DNA of 64,000 bases from Chrysomallon squamiferum (Eukaryota > Animalia > Mollusca). The stretch is taken from NCBI GenBank assembly GCA_012295275.1, contig CM022677.1:6696001-6760000 (forward strand), given 5' to 3'. Positions 1-12,149 of this stretch are shown here, piece after piece. The translations under genes and the position numbers were made by a program. Position 1 is the stretch's first letter; each line of letters opens with the position of its first letter. Below the pieces are notes generated by a model, which had not been told where the DNA came from, searched no databases, and worked only from the letters and a program-made list of their open reading frames with translations.

Positions 1-37
1 GTACAGTCAAAAAATAAATATAAAAGTAAATGATTAC

Positions 38-1373
38 CAGGTCTCGCAGACTGGAAGCCATTTGCATTATTCTCGTTGATACTTCCTCCATTATTGCTTT
101 TGTCTGATCATCTTCTTACACAGAAATGAAAAGAAAAAAAAAAAAAAAAAAAAAAAAACGTTCAAATGTCTTTACACTTTCTGGAATTTGGTATTTTCAA
201 CAAATTCCTAGAAATTATTTCTTAGTCTTTCATTAAACACAGTAAAGAACAGCAAGCTAATGGTGTTGTTTTACATCTGAATAATGACTGACTTGACTCA
301 TACAATGAAAGAAAAAAATGGTTAAATATCTTCGCATATTTCTGGAACTTCAGGTTTTCAGGAATCTTTTCTTGTCCATTAAGACAGTGAAAAACCAGCA
401 AACAAATGGTATTATTTTACAATACATAATGACAAGCCAAAACTATGTTTCATTATGTGTCCAGATAAATTATATTATTGTTTTTATTATTCATTAAAAG
501 CAGAGAAGAACAGCAAACTCACACTATATATTATTTAATAAAGACCACTGACCTGATGACATTAATCTGGTGTGTGTCTGTTTTCTTCATCAGCTCTGCA
601 ATGACGCTGTGAAGTTCAGTGACGCGTTCCTCGTAGAATCACTAAAATATTTGAAATTTTGAATGGTTTTTGGATATAACAGTCTTATAGACAAATTAAA
701 AAACATACAGACAAAATTCTCTTAGCATTCAAAATAACAACAGACATTTTTTTTTTATGAATTTGAATTAGTATATACTGTATTTATTGAACCTATGTAT
801 TCTTTGTTTTATTGTCTGCTTAAGAAAACATCATAAATAAATAATTAAATAAATACATAAATAACCAAATAAGGCAGAAAGTAAATATATAATAATAAAA
901 ACTTTTTAAATTTAAATTTGGTCATCAGATTAACGTAAATATTTTCTAAATCTTTTCCATGAAGATAGCCAGAGTAGATTTAAATCATCACCAAGAGTTA
1001 TTGCCAAACACGTTATTTTCTAGTCAGGCTATATTCTTAGAATAACAACATTAAAAGGCAGGTGGAGATTTAATTTCAGGCTAATGCTAGGATAAAAAAA
1101 AAAATAAAAAAAAAAAAAAAAATCATTTCTTACCTGACATTTAGTCAGTTATTTTTCTAACTGATCTCTTACGGCTGTTACTTGTGCCAACCTGTTGTTC
1201 AGCTCGATTATCTCCCATTTCAGAGAGGTCAAGGCCACCTGGCGAAGCAGGGAAAGAAAATAAATAATTTTAAATTATTACATTTTACAACTAAATTAAA
1301 ACATGTTATTTTTGAATGTTTGTGATTCAGTCTATTTTATCATTCCTAAAGCTAATTAATGAAAAAAATATCG

Positions 1374-1419
<46 letters not shown>

Positions 1420-2005
1420 GTGAAAATAAACTAAATATTTTAAAATAAAATACATACGTGCATGTATAAGTTGTTGTTACTGCTCTTGTTACGTTAAAAC
1501 GCATGTGTGTGTGTGTGAAAGTGATTTGAATTGTAAGCTATTTTATAAAACTCAGCTATAAATACTACTTGCTATTATTTGTATTAGTTATTACAACTAC
1601 TTCTGCTACTTGCTACTAAGAATAACTGTAATTAATCATGTACGAGCAGTATGTCCAGTAAGGAACAGAACATAAATAATCCGAATAAAACAAAATATGA
1701 ATGCAATTAAATATAACAACAAAAGAACGATCGTTAATATATTGTTATTCATTATTACAAAAATTCAGCTAAATTACTCAAAAAAATTAAAGTTGAGTCT
1801 TGTAACAAGTTTCTATGTCGTATTGTTTAATAATTTATTTTCGATTATCTGCACTTTAAAACTATCCAGAAACGCAGACGACAAAACATTTTAGAACCTA
1901 AATTACAAACATGTACTTCAAACTATATAAAGAAAGAAAGAAAAAAAAAGTACTGTAGCATTACCTGAATATACAAAGAAATCAACTCTTCGTGATTCTT
2001 AGAAT
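38..2005 (-). pseudogene. MCC: Unprocessed MCC (colorectal mutant cancer protein)-like pseudogene exons
   Basis: Exon 1134-1238 (cag|...|gtaag) reads VALTSLKWEIIELNNRLAQVTAVRDQLEK*LTKCQ, with TAA at 1149-1151. Exon 553-641 reads *FYEERVTELHSVIAELMKKTDTHQINVIR. Both match recalled human MCC (ALASLKGDIVELNKRLQQTERERDLLEKKLAKAQ...YEERITELHSVIAELNKKID...IREED). Weaker flanking exons: ~1965-2005 (SKNHEELISLYIQ) and 38-114 (DDQTKAIMEEVSTRIMQMASSLRDL, phase-incompatible with the preceding exon). Confidence 0.85.
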
Positions 2006-2050
2006 CTACATTTATTTGCAATTATATGAGAGTAATCTCCCTTCAGCTAC

Positions 2051-2097
<47 letters not shown>

Positions 2098-2573
2098 TCT
2101 GTTTGTGGAGTTGACGGTGTACGTCATTGCACATCACAGAAAATCGTTAATAACGAAACGTCGTATATATCTGTATAAAGGTGTGTTCAAGGAATATCAA
2201 TGTATATACAGTAAACAACATAACGTGTCTATTAAGATAAAATACAAGCAATAAAAATAAAGACAATCGACTGTGAAAACCGGATTCATTGAGACCAGCG
2301 TGGTGTGCCGTTTTAGACAGTGCCGATTTAATAACATTAAAATAAGAAAACTGAAATATTTGTTTTATTATTACAAATGTTAATGGTCTATCAGTTGTCT
2401 CTGTCGACTGCGTTTTCTTCATATTCCTCTCCAAACTCCTCAGTCATGTCCTCCAAGTTTTACATTAATTGCAAAAGCTGATTTCGATAACAGCAGCAGA
2501 AGATTTAATTTGTTTGCTACTTTAAGATAATCAATGTACGAAAGTTTGTTTGTATCGTCAGTCCATTCAGATT

Positions 2574-2630
<57 letters not shown>

Positions 2631-2668
2631 TATAATCATGACTTAACCAATACAGTTTGTATACTTAC

Positions 2669-2741
2669 AACAAACCGGCCATCTGAAATGTTCGAGGATA
2701 ATTTATGCAATGTACAGCGAGAACTGACATTTATGATAATT
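2669..2741 (-). other. Isolated exon-like segment of unknown product
   Basis: Strong acceptor (ttttattttacag) and donor (gtaagtat) flank 73 nt. No recognisable translation. Confidence 0.35.
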
Positions 2742-2904
2742 CTGTAAAATAAAAATGAATTAGGAAAATACCGAATCAATGTGGTGAATTTTATATATTT
2801 TTTTTTGTTATACATTTTAATTCAGTAAAACAAGCAAAAATATAAGACAGTCTATTTTAACTCAGTGAATTAATAAATAATAAGCTGTTTTCTGTGTGTA
2901 TGTG

Positions 2905-2948
<44 letters not shown>

Positions 2949-3794
2949 GTTCTTTTGATTGACCTCATTGTTTAACGCATCATATACGTAATGACAATTT
3001 ACATCTACAATGGACAGCTAATATATATATATATATATATATATATGATTTAATTATTACAAGCAGTGTAACCCATTATTGACTACTGATAATAAAAATT
3101 TGCTGTGCATATCAAAAGAGACTTGTCGACGTTTGGCTGAAATAAGTAGACACTGGTAAATTTAATACTTTAAACATACGGACCTATGAAAGATAACTAT
3201 TTAAAAAAAAAAATATTATAAATATTCACATACAGCATATTTGATTATTTTGTTGTTGTTTTTTTTATTATTATTTTTAGTAAATAAATAAATTAATTAA
3301 TTAAACAATCCTTTAAAATATATCTCTTTTACAAGTTAAAACGATGTTTAATTTTCATCTCAAGAACAAAGAATTAACTAGTGTAACAGATGTTACAATG
3401 AGCAAGCATGTTTATATAGGTTTGTCGATGTATTTTATGTCTAAAGGCAAAGAGTAGCATTTGCAATGATTCTAAGGCCTTAAAGAAAATCGAGAGACAA
3501 GAGGACGTAATTATTATATTTTGAACGAGAGTAATTATTTACACAAACAGGCATCTTTGAAAAATACTGCGGAATTAACCAAGAAAGAAAGAAGGGATGA
3601 AAAAAAAAAATAATAATAAAAGAAATAAAAATAAAGGAAATCAATAAAATCCAATAACAAATACTTTTACTATATATTTTATTATTTATTTATTATTTTA
3701 AATAAATGCCTATGGAAAATATTTACAAACAACAAATTAATCAATAAGCAAGAAATCTCTTTCTGGGATCTGCTCACATTAAAAGTTGCATCAT

Positions 3795-4733
3795 TTATTC
3801 TTCTGGATTTGTGGAACATGGTCGCTTAAATACTTGCTCTTTTTCTAGAATCCAGTAAGTTGATACCCATTTAGAGCCAATAAGAACGGGACAAGCTCCG
3901 TGAATTGTCATTTTGTTAGGTGAACCATTCCGATATAAATTATACCAAAATATAGCTGCACCTGCTTTAGGTTGTATTCTTACACCAAGATAAGGAAACA
4001 CTGTTGCACCTCCTTCTACATCACTCAAATAGTTTAACCACGTGGCAATTCTGTTTTCACCGGAAGAATATGCTATGTTGAAATAGTCAGTATGAGCCGT
4101 GAACTGTCCGCCTATTCCATAGTTTGCCACCTGAAGTGGTTCTGAAGCTTTCATTGAAAGACCTGTGATTGCTTCAATTCGTTTCTGAATTCTCGCGTCT
4201 ACTTCTATGAAACCTCTTCCTAGACATGTATGTTTGTTAATTCTTTTCTCAGATTTGATATTTTTTCCACAGTGATTGATTTCAGATGGTTGTAAAAGTG
4301 GCAAAGAAACTGTTTTAATGTCTTCAATTGCAGCATCACTGATAAAATCATGATAGAGAACAATTTTCGGTGAGAAATGCAGAATCTCTTCTTTAGCAGG
4401 CTTAAGAATTAGAAGCGGATTTTTGTTGTTGTAATGGTAGCGACATTTCAGACGATGTGTCTGTCGTACTTTTATAAATTCTTTACCACGACAGAGAGCA
4501 TCGAAAGTTGTTTTTTCTTTAACTATGACATTTTCTTTTCTCTTTTCTGTCCTTGAATACTTTTTCCTTCCGTTCGGAGCACGTTCTAGTTCAGGAGCTA
4601 ACATTAACTGTTCATTTGTCAGATTTAAAACTTGCTCTATCTGTCCCGCTAATTCTCTACCGTGTATTTCATAGTCATGAAATTTTTTCTGTTCTTTGTT
4701 TCTCAAGACTTGTCTCCATCCAGATATGAACAT
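3795..4733 (-). CDS. P4HA: Intronless ORF encoding a prolyl 4-hydroxylase alpha subunit C-terminal/catalytic 2OG-Fe(II) oxygenase domain (N-terminally truncated, probable retrocopy)
   Basis: The 312-aa ORF contains LCRG..LKCRY, KPAKEE, EPLQVANYGIGGQFTAHTDY (HxD), RIATWLNYLSDVEGGATVFP, TIHGACPVLIGSKW (distal His, 2OG-binding Lys) and FKRPC. The family call is secure; function is uncertain. Confidence 0.7.
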   Translation of the reverse strand: MFISGWRQVLRNKEQKKFHDYEIHGRELAGQIEQVLNLTNEQLMLAPELERAPNGRKKYSRTEKRKENVIVKEKTTFDALCRGKEFIKVRQTHRLKCRYHYNNKNPLLILKPAKEEILHFSPKIVLYHDFISDAAIEDIKTVSLPLLQPSEINHCGKNIKSEKRINKHTCLGRGFIEVDARIQKRIEAITGLSMKASEPLQVANYGIGGQFTAHTDYFNIAYSSGENRIATWLNYLSDVEGGATVFPYLGVRIQPKAGAAIFWYNLYRNGSPNKMTIHGACPVLIGSKWVSTYWILEKEQVFKRPCSTNPEE

Positions 4734-4945
4734 AGTTGTATTTTTTCATTTTGTAAGCAAGGCGACCTAATTGATAACAGTCTTCTGCTGATAATCTCTG
4801 TATATATCGTTCATGTATATAAAACCGTCTGCTAATCTTGTCGCATTTAATTTGTACGTGTCTTGAAGTCGAAACACAGCTGCAGCGGCCCCTTCTAAAT
4901 CTTCCTAACTTGGAAGATGTTCGCGGATTTCTTATATTAATAATT
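4680..4945 (-). pseudogene. P4HA: Disrupted P4HA N-terminal / peptide-binding region
   Basis: Reads *EIREHLPS*EDLEGAAAAVFRLQDTYKLNATRLADG (TAA 4932-4934, TAG 4905-4907). A shifted frame then gives LSAEDCYQLGRLAYKMKKYNYVHIWMETSLEKQ. Both match P4HA motifs (GAA.ALLRLQDTY; LTAEDCFELGKVAY...WM). There are two frameshifts relative to the downstream ORF. Confidence 0.85.
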
Positions 4946-5360
4946 TGTTTATGTTAGAATAAAGTAACATACAGACAAAAAAGAAAACAAAAACACTCCT
5001 CAAGAAAAACAAAAAAACAAGAACAAAAAAACAGATTAAAATGTGCATTACAGCTGTCATTTATAAGTGGCGCACTTCTTAAGTTATGAAGATTTTGAAG
5101 TGTTGTCTGCAGTTGTTCTGTTTCTTCTTCAAAACACATACAAATCAGATGTCACTACTTATTTTTTATTATGTTATTCCACATTTTTTATTTTTTTTAT
5201 TTTATTTTATGAATATGTTTGAATAAATGTCAGTTTTAATTGATACAAAATGTTTTTATCCAGAATCATTACACTTTATTTCATTTCTATTTTTCTTTTT
5301 CTTTTTCATTCTTTCTCTGTAGCGGACCTTATTCTGCGAAATATGAAGAATCTCCTCTTA

Positions 5361-5915
5361 AGTAAATAAATACTGAACAGAAAAAATGATATTAGCAGTA
5401 TTAAGTAAATAAATAATGTACAGTAACGTGATATTAGCAGCATTAAGTAAATAAATAATGTACAGTCACGTGATATGAGCAGCATTAACTAAATAACTAT
5501 TGTACAGTAACGTGATATTATCAGAGATAAATAAAAAAATAAAAAGTACTGTGCAGTAAAAAAAGAACTGGTATTAGCAGTAGTAAAAAATCAACTGTAC
5601 AGTAACGTGATATTAAATAAATACGTTAAATAAATAAATACTGTAAAGAACTGTACAACGTTATATTAGCAGTATTAAATAAATAAATACTGTACACGAA
5701 CGTGATATTTGCAGCGTTAACTAAACAAACACTGTATAACTAAATAAACGTGATAGTAGCAGTATTAAGTAAATAAATACTGAACCGTAACGTAATAGTA
5801 GCAGAAATTAAGCAAAATAAATATGTACAGTAACGCGATATTAAGTAAATTAAAAACTGTGACGTGATATTAGTAGTATTAAGTAAAGAAATACTGTACA
5901 GTGACGTGTGATATT
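5361..5915. repeat. Degenerate ~42-bp minisatellite, about 13 copies
   Basis: Unit ~AGTAAATAAATACTGTACAGTAACGTGATATTAGCAGTATTA; copies start at 5361, 5404, 5446 and onward. Confidence 0.85.
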
Positions 5916-5934
5916 AACCAAGACGTTAATACTG

Positions 5935-6098
5935 GAACGACGGCGACATTACTAGAAATCACAATAATGTATTTGAAGAGGTGATTCGCCCGCTAAAGAA
6001 TAATGAGAAGGACTCTAGAAAGCTTGAAACAACGCCGTTACGACGGCAACGATGGTGATATTGATAGAAATGGTATAATACATTTTATAATAGGATAT
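5935..6098 (+). repeat. Dispersed ~100-130-bp CpG-containing motif (ACGACGGCAACGACGGCGACATTAATAGAAAT), two copies
   Basis: The same motif recurs at 20581-20670 and three times at 28797-29165. Confidence 0.7.
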
Positions 6099-6224
6099 CA
6101 AACATTGGTAAATTCCTGCACAATAATAAGCAACTTGTAGTGTGAGTTGTAAGTTTTGTGATTTTATTTGGTGCATTAATATAAATAAGAACAAGAAAGA
6201 AAAAGTACGGGAAAAAAAAAAAAA

Positions 6225-6660
6225 ACACCGTTTATTTGAAGTTTACGGTCAACGATTGGCTAATAATAAGATAAAAAAAATATAAATAAATAAATAAAAT
6301 AAATATATTTTAATAAAGGTTGTGATGTTCCTTTATTTTATTTTATTTGTTTTGAACATTATTTTAATTTTGTTTTTATTTATTTTTTTTTTTTTTTTTT
6401 TGGGGGGGATTGTATATGCAGAAAAATGCGGGATGATTGTCGGACTTTACGGATTTACTTGTTTATTTAATGTTCGAAGAATTTTCTACAGAACTGGTGT
6501 AATCGCATTAAAACAGTTGTTTAAAGTATTTGATTTTGTGAAGGAGACAGGTATTACTATTTATTATTATAAATGTTAATGTGTTTGGATTTTTTTCGTT
6601 TTATTTAATTATAATTTAAAAGTCATAGACAACTGATGGCAGCCATATTATTTGAGAACA
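6225..6660 (+). promoter_or_regulatory. Putative promoter of the duplicon core
   Basis: A reverse CCAAT box (GATTGGCTA, ~6254) and a YY1-like ATGGCAGCCAT (~6637) are both conserved in the inverted copy (AGCCAATC ~61233; AAGATGGCTGCCAT ~60860). CpG is locally enriched. Motif-based only. Confidence 0.35.
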
Positions 6661-6919
6661 ATATTTATTTATTTATTTATTTATAATTTTTTCAAATAAC
6701 GACACTCGATTAATAATAACATTCACCAGTGGTTGTACTAATGTGAACAACATAAACAACGTCATGATGTATCAGCAAATTTTGAGTGGCCAGTAATTAA
6801 ATTTGTTTTAAAATAAATTGACTTGTGTAGCACACACCAAAGAAACACCACACAACAAGTCACAGAGAATTTAAAATTATTATTATTATTGTTATTGTTA
6901 TTATTATTGTTATTATTTT

Positions 6920-6952
<33 letters not shown>

Positions 6953-7671
6953 TATTATCATTATTATTTTTTTTTTTTTTTGTTGTTGAAATAAACTAAT
7001 AAAACTATTAAAAGAAAATATGTTAATTTTGTTTGACAGGTTGTTTTCAGTCACTTTATTTATGATTTATTATTTTCAAAGATTTAGGTTAAATTGCTTA
7101 CTTGCTCTATAATTATTAAACATATTAAACTTTATAATGGGTGGGTCCCTAAATGCTTTCATATTATTTAAGCTAAATACCTGTATAGCTCTATGTTAAC
7201 ACTAAAAACAAATAAAGATGAATACAAATTTAAGAAATACATGACCAGGTTATTTCATATGTAGATGATGCTATAAAAATTAATAAAATTATTTATAAAA
7301 AAAAATATTTAACACACAAATAAACACTCAAATAATTTGTTATCCTGTTCTTTGTTTCTCTTCTTTTCTTAATGGTCAATTTTAATTTATTTATTTACAC
7401 TTTGTTTTGTTTTGTTGTAATTCCTTCTTTTTCATCTTCTTCTTCTCTTATTATTATTACTACTTTTTATTATTATTATTAAGTTTTATTTTTATTATTA
7501 TTATTTTTGTGATCTTTATTATTATTATCCATTTTATTTTTCATATCATTACTAAGAATTTTTATTTTTTATGTTTTCTAGGTCATGTGGAGAAAATGTT
7601 CCAAATGAATTTAAAGAATGGTTCTGTAAAAAATCAGATGTGAGTGAAATATTTTATAAATTTCTCATCCA

Positions 7672-8119
7672 GCTACACAATCATTGATCAGTATCACACT
7701 GTAGAGTGCAAGTGCTGCTGGAATACTATAATATGATATATCGATGGTTTACATGTATCAACAGGAACAAGAAGAAAAGGGCAGAGCACCATTGAAGTCT
7801 GCTTTTTTGTGAAATCAAGCTGATGCTGGTAAAAACACTTCATCTGCTACGCTGCAAAACAAAAAACTAGGCAGACGACTGCGATGGCAAAAATAACAGC
7901 CAGAAACTTGAGCAGCAGGTAACATCTGAGCTTGCCGCTCTGAGAATGAAGCTGGATGAGAAGATAAAGAAAAGAGAGAGAAGAAAACAAAGGCTGTAGC
8001 TGAAGCAGAACAAGATGAGACTCAGGAAGGCAGCGTTCATGAGAGTGATGTCAGCGATATTGACAGTTCGAAGGACCAAGCTAGTCCTCTACCTGATTCA
8101 GACAACACAATTCCAAGTT
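7672..8119 (+). pseudogene. Decayed coding exon of an unidentified coiled-coil/acidic protein
   Basis: Reading across frameshifts gives MVYMYQQEQEEKGRAPLKSAFL*NQ..., QKLEQQVTSELAALRMKLDEKIKK and EREKKTKAVAEAEQDETQEGSVHESDVSDIDSSKDQASPLPDS. A paralogous internally deleted exon lies at 59463-59694 (-). Confidence 0.5.
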
Positions 8120-8464
8120 GCAAGTTTTTTTATCTTATTTCTATTTCTTAGCAAATAAAATAAGTTTTATAGTAACAACTCTTTACTGATTGTAAATTAG
8201 CATAGTAATAATCATTTGTTTGCTATTGTTTTGTTGTATTGTGTCTGAATAATCCAGTAACTGATAACAGTAAAATTTAAATAATATAGAAACATTAGTT
8301 ATTTATTTTTAACAGTTTATTATTTTTATTATTTTATTTGTATTTTTATTTTCAGAATACACATACAGCTCTAATTGATGTGCTGATGTTGGCTAGTGAA
8401 GTTGTTTCAGTACAAGTTGCTGTCCAGCACTGAGTATAAAGTTTGCTGCCACTGAAATTATTCT

Positions 8465-8511
<47 letters not shown>

Positions 8512-9273
8512 TAACTCACAGATACATATATAACTACACAGGTAAATAAATAAATTACTGTTGTTTTTCAGAAACTGCTCTGTACACAAGAAGAGCTAAT
8601 TGTGTGAGTCACCACAGGGTAGAAATGTCATCAAAGAATATGGCAGAACAGGAGGATCTACAGAGGTTGTTGTTATAGTAGTAGTATTAGTCAATGCCAT
8701 TGTTATAGTAATGTAGTTGTTACAGCATTAATAATATTGTAAAATTGATCTTGGTGATGTTTTAGCAGGTGATGTCTCCATAGCTTTGTAATAGTAATGT
8801 ATCTAGTGAGACTCATGGTGATTAAAAAAACTGGTTGTAGTCAAATTACTGGTTGCAGTGGTGGTAGTAGCAGTACCAGTTCTAATAGTAGTTGTTTTTA
8901 GAGAAATGATAAATGTAAGAAGAAGAGTAGGTTAACAGCAGTGATAATAGTAGTAATAGTAGTCATAGTTGTTGTTGTTGTAATAATTATAATAATATTA
9001 GTATATAGAAATACAGGCATAGGAGTAATACTGAAAAGAGTAAAAAATATCACTTTTATTATTAATGGATAGTAATTTTAGTAAAAGCAGTATTATTTCA
9101 ATAAAAGTAACCCCAGTTGAATAAGGAATAATAGTAAATATTAGTTATAGTAATGATGGTAATGAAAGTGGCATGTAGTGTTGCAGTAAATGTAGTAGTA
9201 GCAGTATTTTATTTATTTTATATTTTTTACAATATTTTATTTATTTATTTATTTATTTATTTTCTCAAACTAG

Positions 9274-10148
9274 GCAGTGCACCCACCAATGTGACTCTGA
9301 CTCAGAGTTGTTGAAAGTTCTGCTGATGAAGAGCTCAATTTTGGTGACCTGGACATTGAAGCTGACCACATCAGACTACAACGATTCTTAAGTTGGAGAG
9401 TCTTACACCAGTCACCAATCTCAACAGTCAAATATCAGGGAGAAAACATTTGAACGTGCTAAAACCAGGCAAAGAAAAACATTAAAGTGAAATCTCTTTC
9501 TGGTTTTGCAGGTGATTTTGAGAGAAAAAACCTGAAGATGACAAATTCTTCTGATACTGTTACTAGCCAGTCAGAGGAATTCAGTTAAAACAGAGAACTG
9601 TTCTGAAGTAAGAGGTCTCGATATCTTTTATAATAATAACTAATAATAAAATTATTTGAGCAACCGTTTCTTTCCTTCCATATGTTTTAAAACAAGAGCC
9701 ACTAATAATTATTTTATAGGAAATATTTATTTCACACAGACTTGGTTAAAATGATAGAATTATCTTTATTTTGTTCTCAGTAATTCACACCTATATCCAG
9801 ATAAATAAAGTCAGTATTAAAACATTGTTAAAGTATAATTCCTAATAATTTTTCCATGACTGAAATTTTTCTTCCCAAAGATTTTATTGTGCAAATTAAT
9901 CAAATGCTCCTAGCCTGAAATAGGTAAAAAAAATAGTCATTTAAATAATGTACGTTAAGATTAGAATGATAAACGATGCTTATTTTTATTTATTCTTATT
10001 TTATTTTTATTTTATTAATTTTTCTTTCTATATTTGTTTATTTAGATGAATCTGTCTAAAAAAAGGGGAATGTACAAAATCCACAAAATTGCCCGATTGT
10101 GACCAAATAGTAAGAAACAAGTGACTCATAGATGAAACAGTTTATTAG
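9274..10148 (+). pseudogene. Decayed exons (9274-~9607, ~10046-10148) paralogous to the IRAG/LRMP-bearing unit
   Basis: The donor context TGTTCTGAAgtaag is shared with ~32264, and the acceptor TCTATATTTGTTTATTTAG is shared with 33053-33071. The first exon is protein-like (VESSADEELNFGDLDIEAD...) but contains stops. Confidence 0.45.
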
Positions 10149-10870
10149 TGTCAATGTTACTGTTGCAGTATCTGCATTATTTTGTTCATTTATTCTTTTT
10201 TTTTTTTTATCAGCTGGATCACTTCCTCGTTCAGGATTCAAATCTGTTAACTTTAATAAACATAGATTTGTAGGTGATAAAAGTTCAGTTCAGATCAAGA
10301 TAACACTTCAGCATTTTAATCACTGCAGTTTTGTGTTAGAATAATATACATAAACTAGCTGATGAACTGAATGATATTCACAGATAATGTTTATTTTTTA
10401 AGAATTTATTCAGCTGTCATTTAATGTTATAAAAATATATATATATTTTTTCTTAAATATAACAAAAATATCTGAAGGTATAAAGGACTTTTTTATGGTT
10501 TGAATTAATTATATCATCACATTTTAAAATGTTAAATATTTGTAATTAATTGGAATTCTCTTGATCTTTGGGATTAAAAGATTATTATTCTGGATAAATT
10601 TATTGTTGTAGCCAGATTATTAACTTATATTTTTAATCAGACCTAAAATTAGATGTATAGAATCAGTTCTAAGTGTTCCAAAAAAGTAATGCGGCTTGTA
10701 ATCAAAATGACTGAATTCACATACCTGAATTAACATTTTGTTATTAGAACTGAAAAGCATTGGTATCTATTAGTAAACTAATAAATGACAGAACTTATCA
10801 ATTAGTTATTTAACTAAAATGCCTGTCATTTTTATAGGCTGATGACAATGAATTCTTTTCAATTTACAGG

Positions 10871-11627
10871 TGGAAACTGTCAAGTCCATGTCAGATTGTG
10901 TATTTCTTTTAAACACTTGGTCAAAGACAGAGTTTGTCAGATCTCACTCTCTCCCTTACAGTACAAGGCAAGTCGGTGCTGAAGATTCAGAGGGGAATCC
11001 ACAATTTTATGGAATTCAGCTTTGCATTCTTCTTGTTTAGTATTAGAAAAACTTTTATAAAGAAATATTTTCACATATGTTTATGAATTTAGTTATAAAA
11101 GACAATTATTCCTTTTAAATTGACCAGAATGTAAAATTTGTAGTGATACTTTTTCATAGATATATATTTTTTGTTTAAATTATTTATGATTTATTATTAA
11201 AATCTATTACAATAAGAGACAGATGATGTTTATTTATAATAATTTCTTTCTAACAATTAAACACAATCGAAAAGTACTTATTATTCTATTAATTTTTTTT
11301 ATTTAATCTACAGGAAAGACAAGATTAAAGGAATAGGGAGAAGAATTTAAATAGATGAGGTATCTATTGATATGGAACAATTATTATTCACAAAAGATGG
11401 ATTTTTCATTCCAAAGCATTTTCCAGAGAAAATGTTGACAGTACACATCAGTGTTGATTGATTATTCTCCAGTAGTTAACAGTGGATGATTCTTGGTTGT
11501 TATGGAAGGGAACAAAAACTTCCACTAATGACTAATGACACTGCAAAAGCTATGTGTGTTTCAACATTACAAATAGAAGAAATGAAAATATATGGAGAAA
11601 TGATATTTACAGATAGACAACAAGCAG
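10871..11627 (+). pseudogene. Two decayed exons of an unidentified protein
   Basis: 10871-~10967 reads VETVKSMSDCVFLLNTWSKTEFVRSHSLPYST. 11313-~11627 reads KDKIKGIGRRI*IDEVSIDMEQLLFTKDGFFIPKHFPEKMLTVHISVD*LFSSS*QWMILG... Both have canonical acceptors; the second exon has in-frame stops. Confidence 0.4.
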
Positions 11628-12149
11628 GTTCCAGCTTAATGTTGTTTTCATAGACAATATTAGCAAGTTTAGAGCTACTATAAGTGATTTAAAGGAAAGG
11701 AGAGAAGATTGACAGAGATATGAGACTGACTGTCTGATGGGAGGTTAACAGGTAAAGAGATACACAGGAAGATAAACAGAAAGAAAGAGAGAGATGTTGA
11801 TAGACTGATAGAGAGGTAACGAGATACACAGGAAGATAAACAGAAAGAAAGAGAGAGATGTTGATAGACTGATAGACAGTTAGATCAGTAGAAGTTAACA
11901 AATGAATTCATAGATGTAGATGAATTTAGCCAGATAGTTAAACATGTCAGTGTCTATCTATCTATTCTGTGTTTTCTTCTTTCTGTCATGTGTGTTTGTG
12001 TGCCAGGCATACAGTAAAATACATAGGTTGTAATGTAGCTGTCTAGACATAGTTAGTTATGTATGTAGGTAGTTTGACAGGGAATTAGATATATGACTGA
12101 TGGATGGTTATTGATCTGTCATAATGTGGATAGATAAACAAATTGGTAT

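Larger units (their letters stand above)
6092..8270 (+). repeat. Low-copy duplicon core, copy 1; homologous in inverted orientation to 58900-61413
   Basis: Colinear shared anchors: TGGTAAATTCCTG, AACACCGTTTATTTGAAG, AAAAATGCGGGATGATTGTC, GATGGCAGCCAT, TGGCCAGTAATTAAATTTG, CTGTATAGCTCTATG, TTGAGCAGCAGGT, AGCTAGTCCT.TACCTGATTCA, GTGTCTGAATAATCCAGTAACTG. Confidence 0.9.

Noticed and set aside
8356-8665. BEN-domain-like peptide (KLLCTQEELIV*VTTG) in small exons
   Set aside because: Too short and degenerate to assign.
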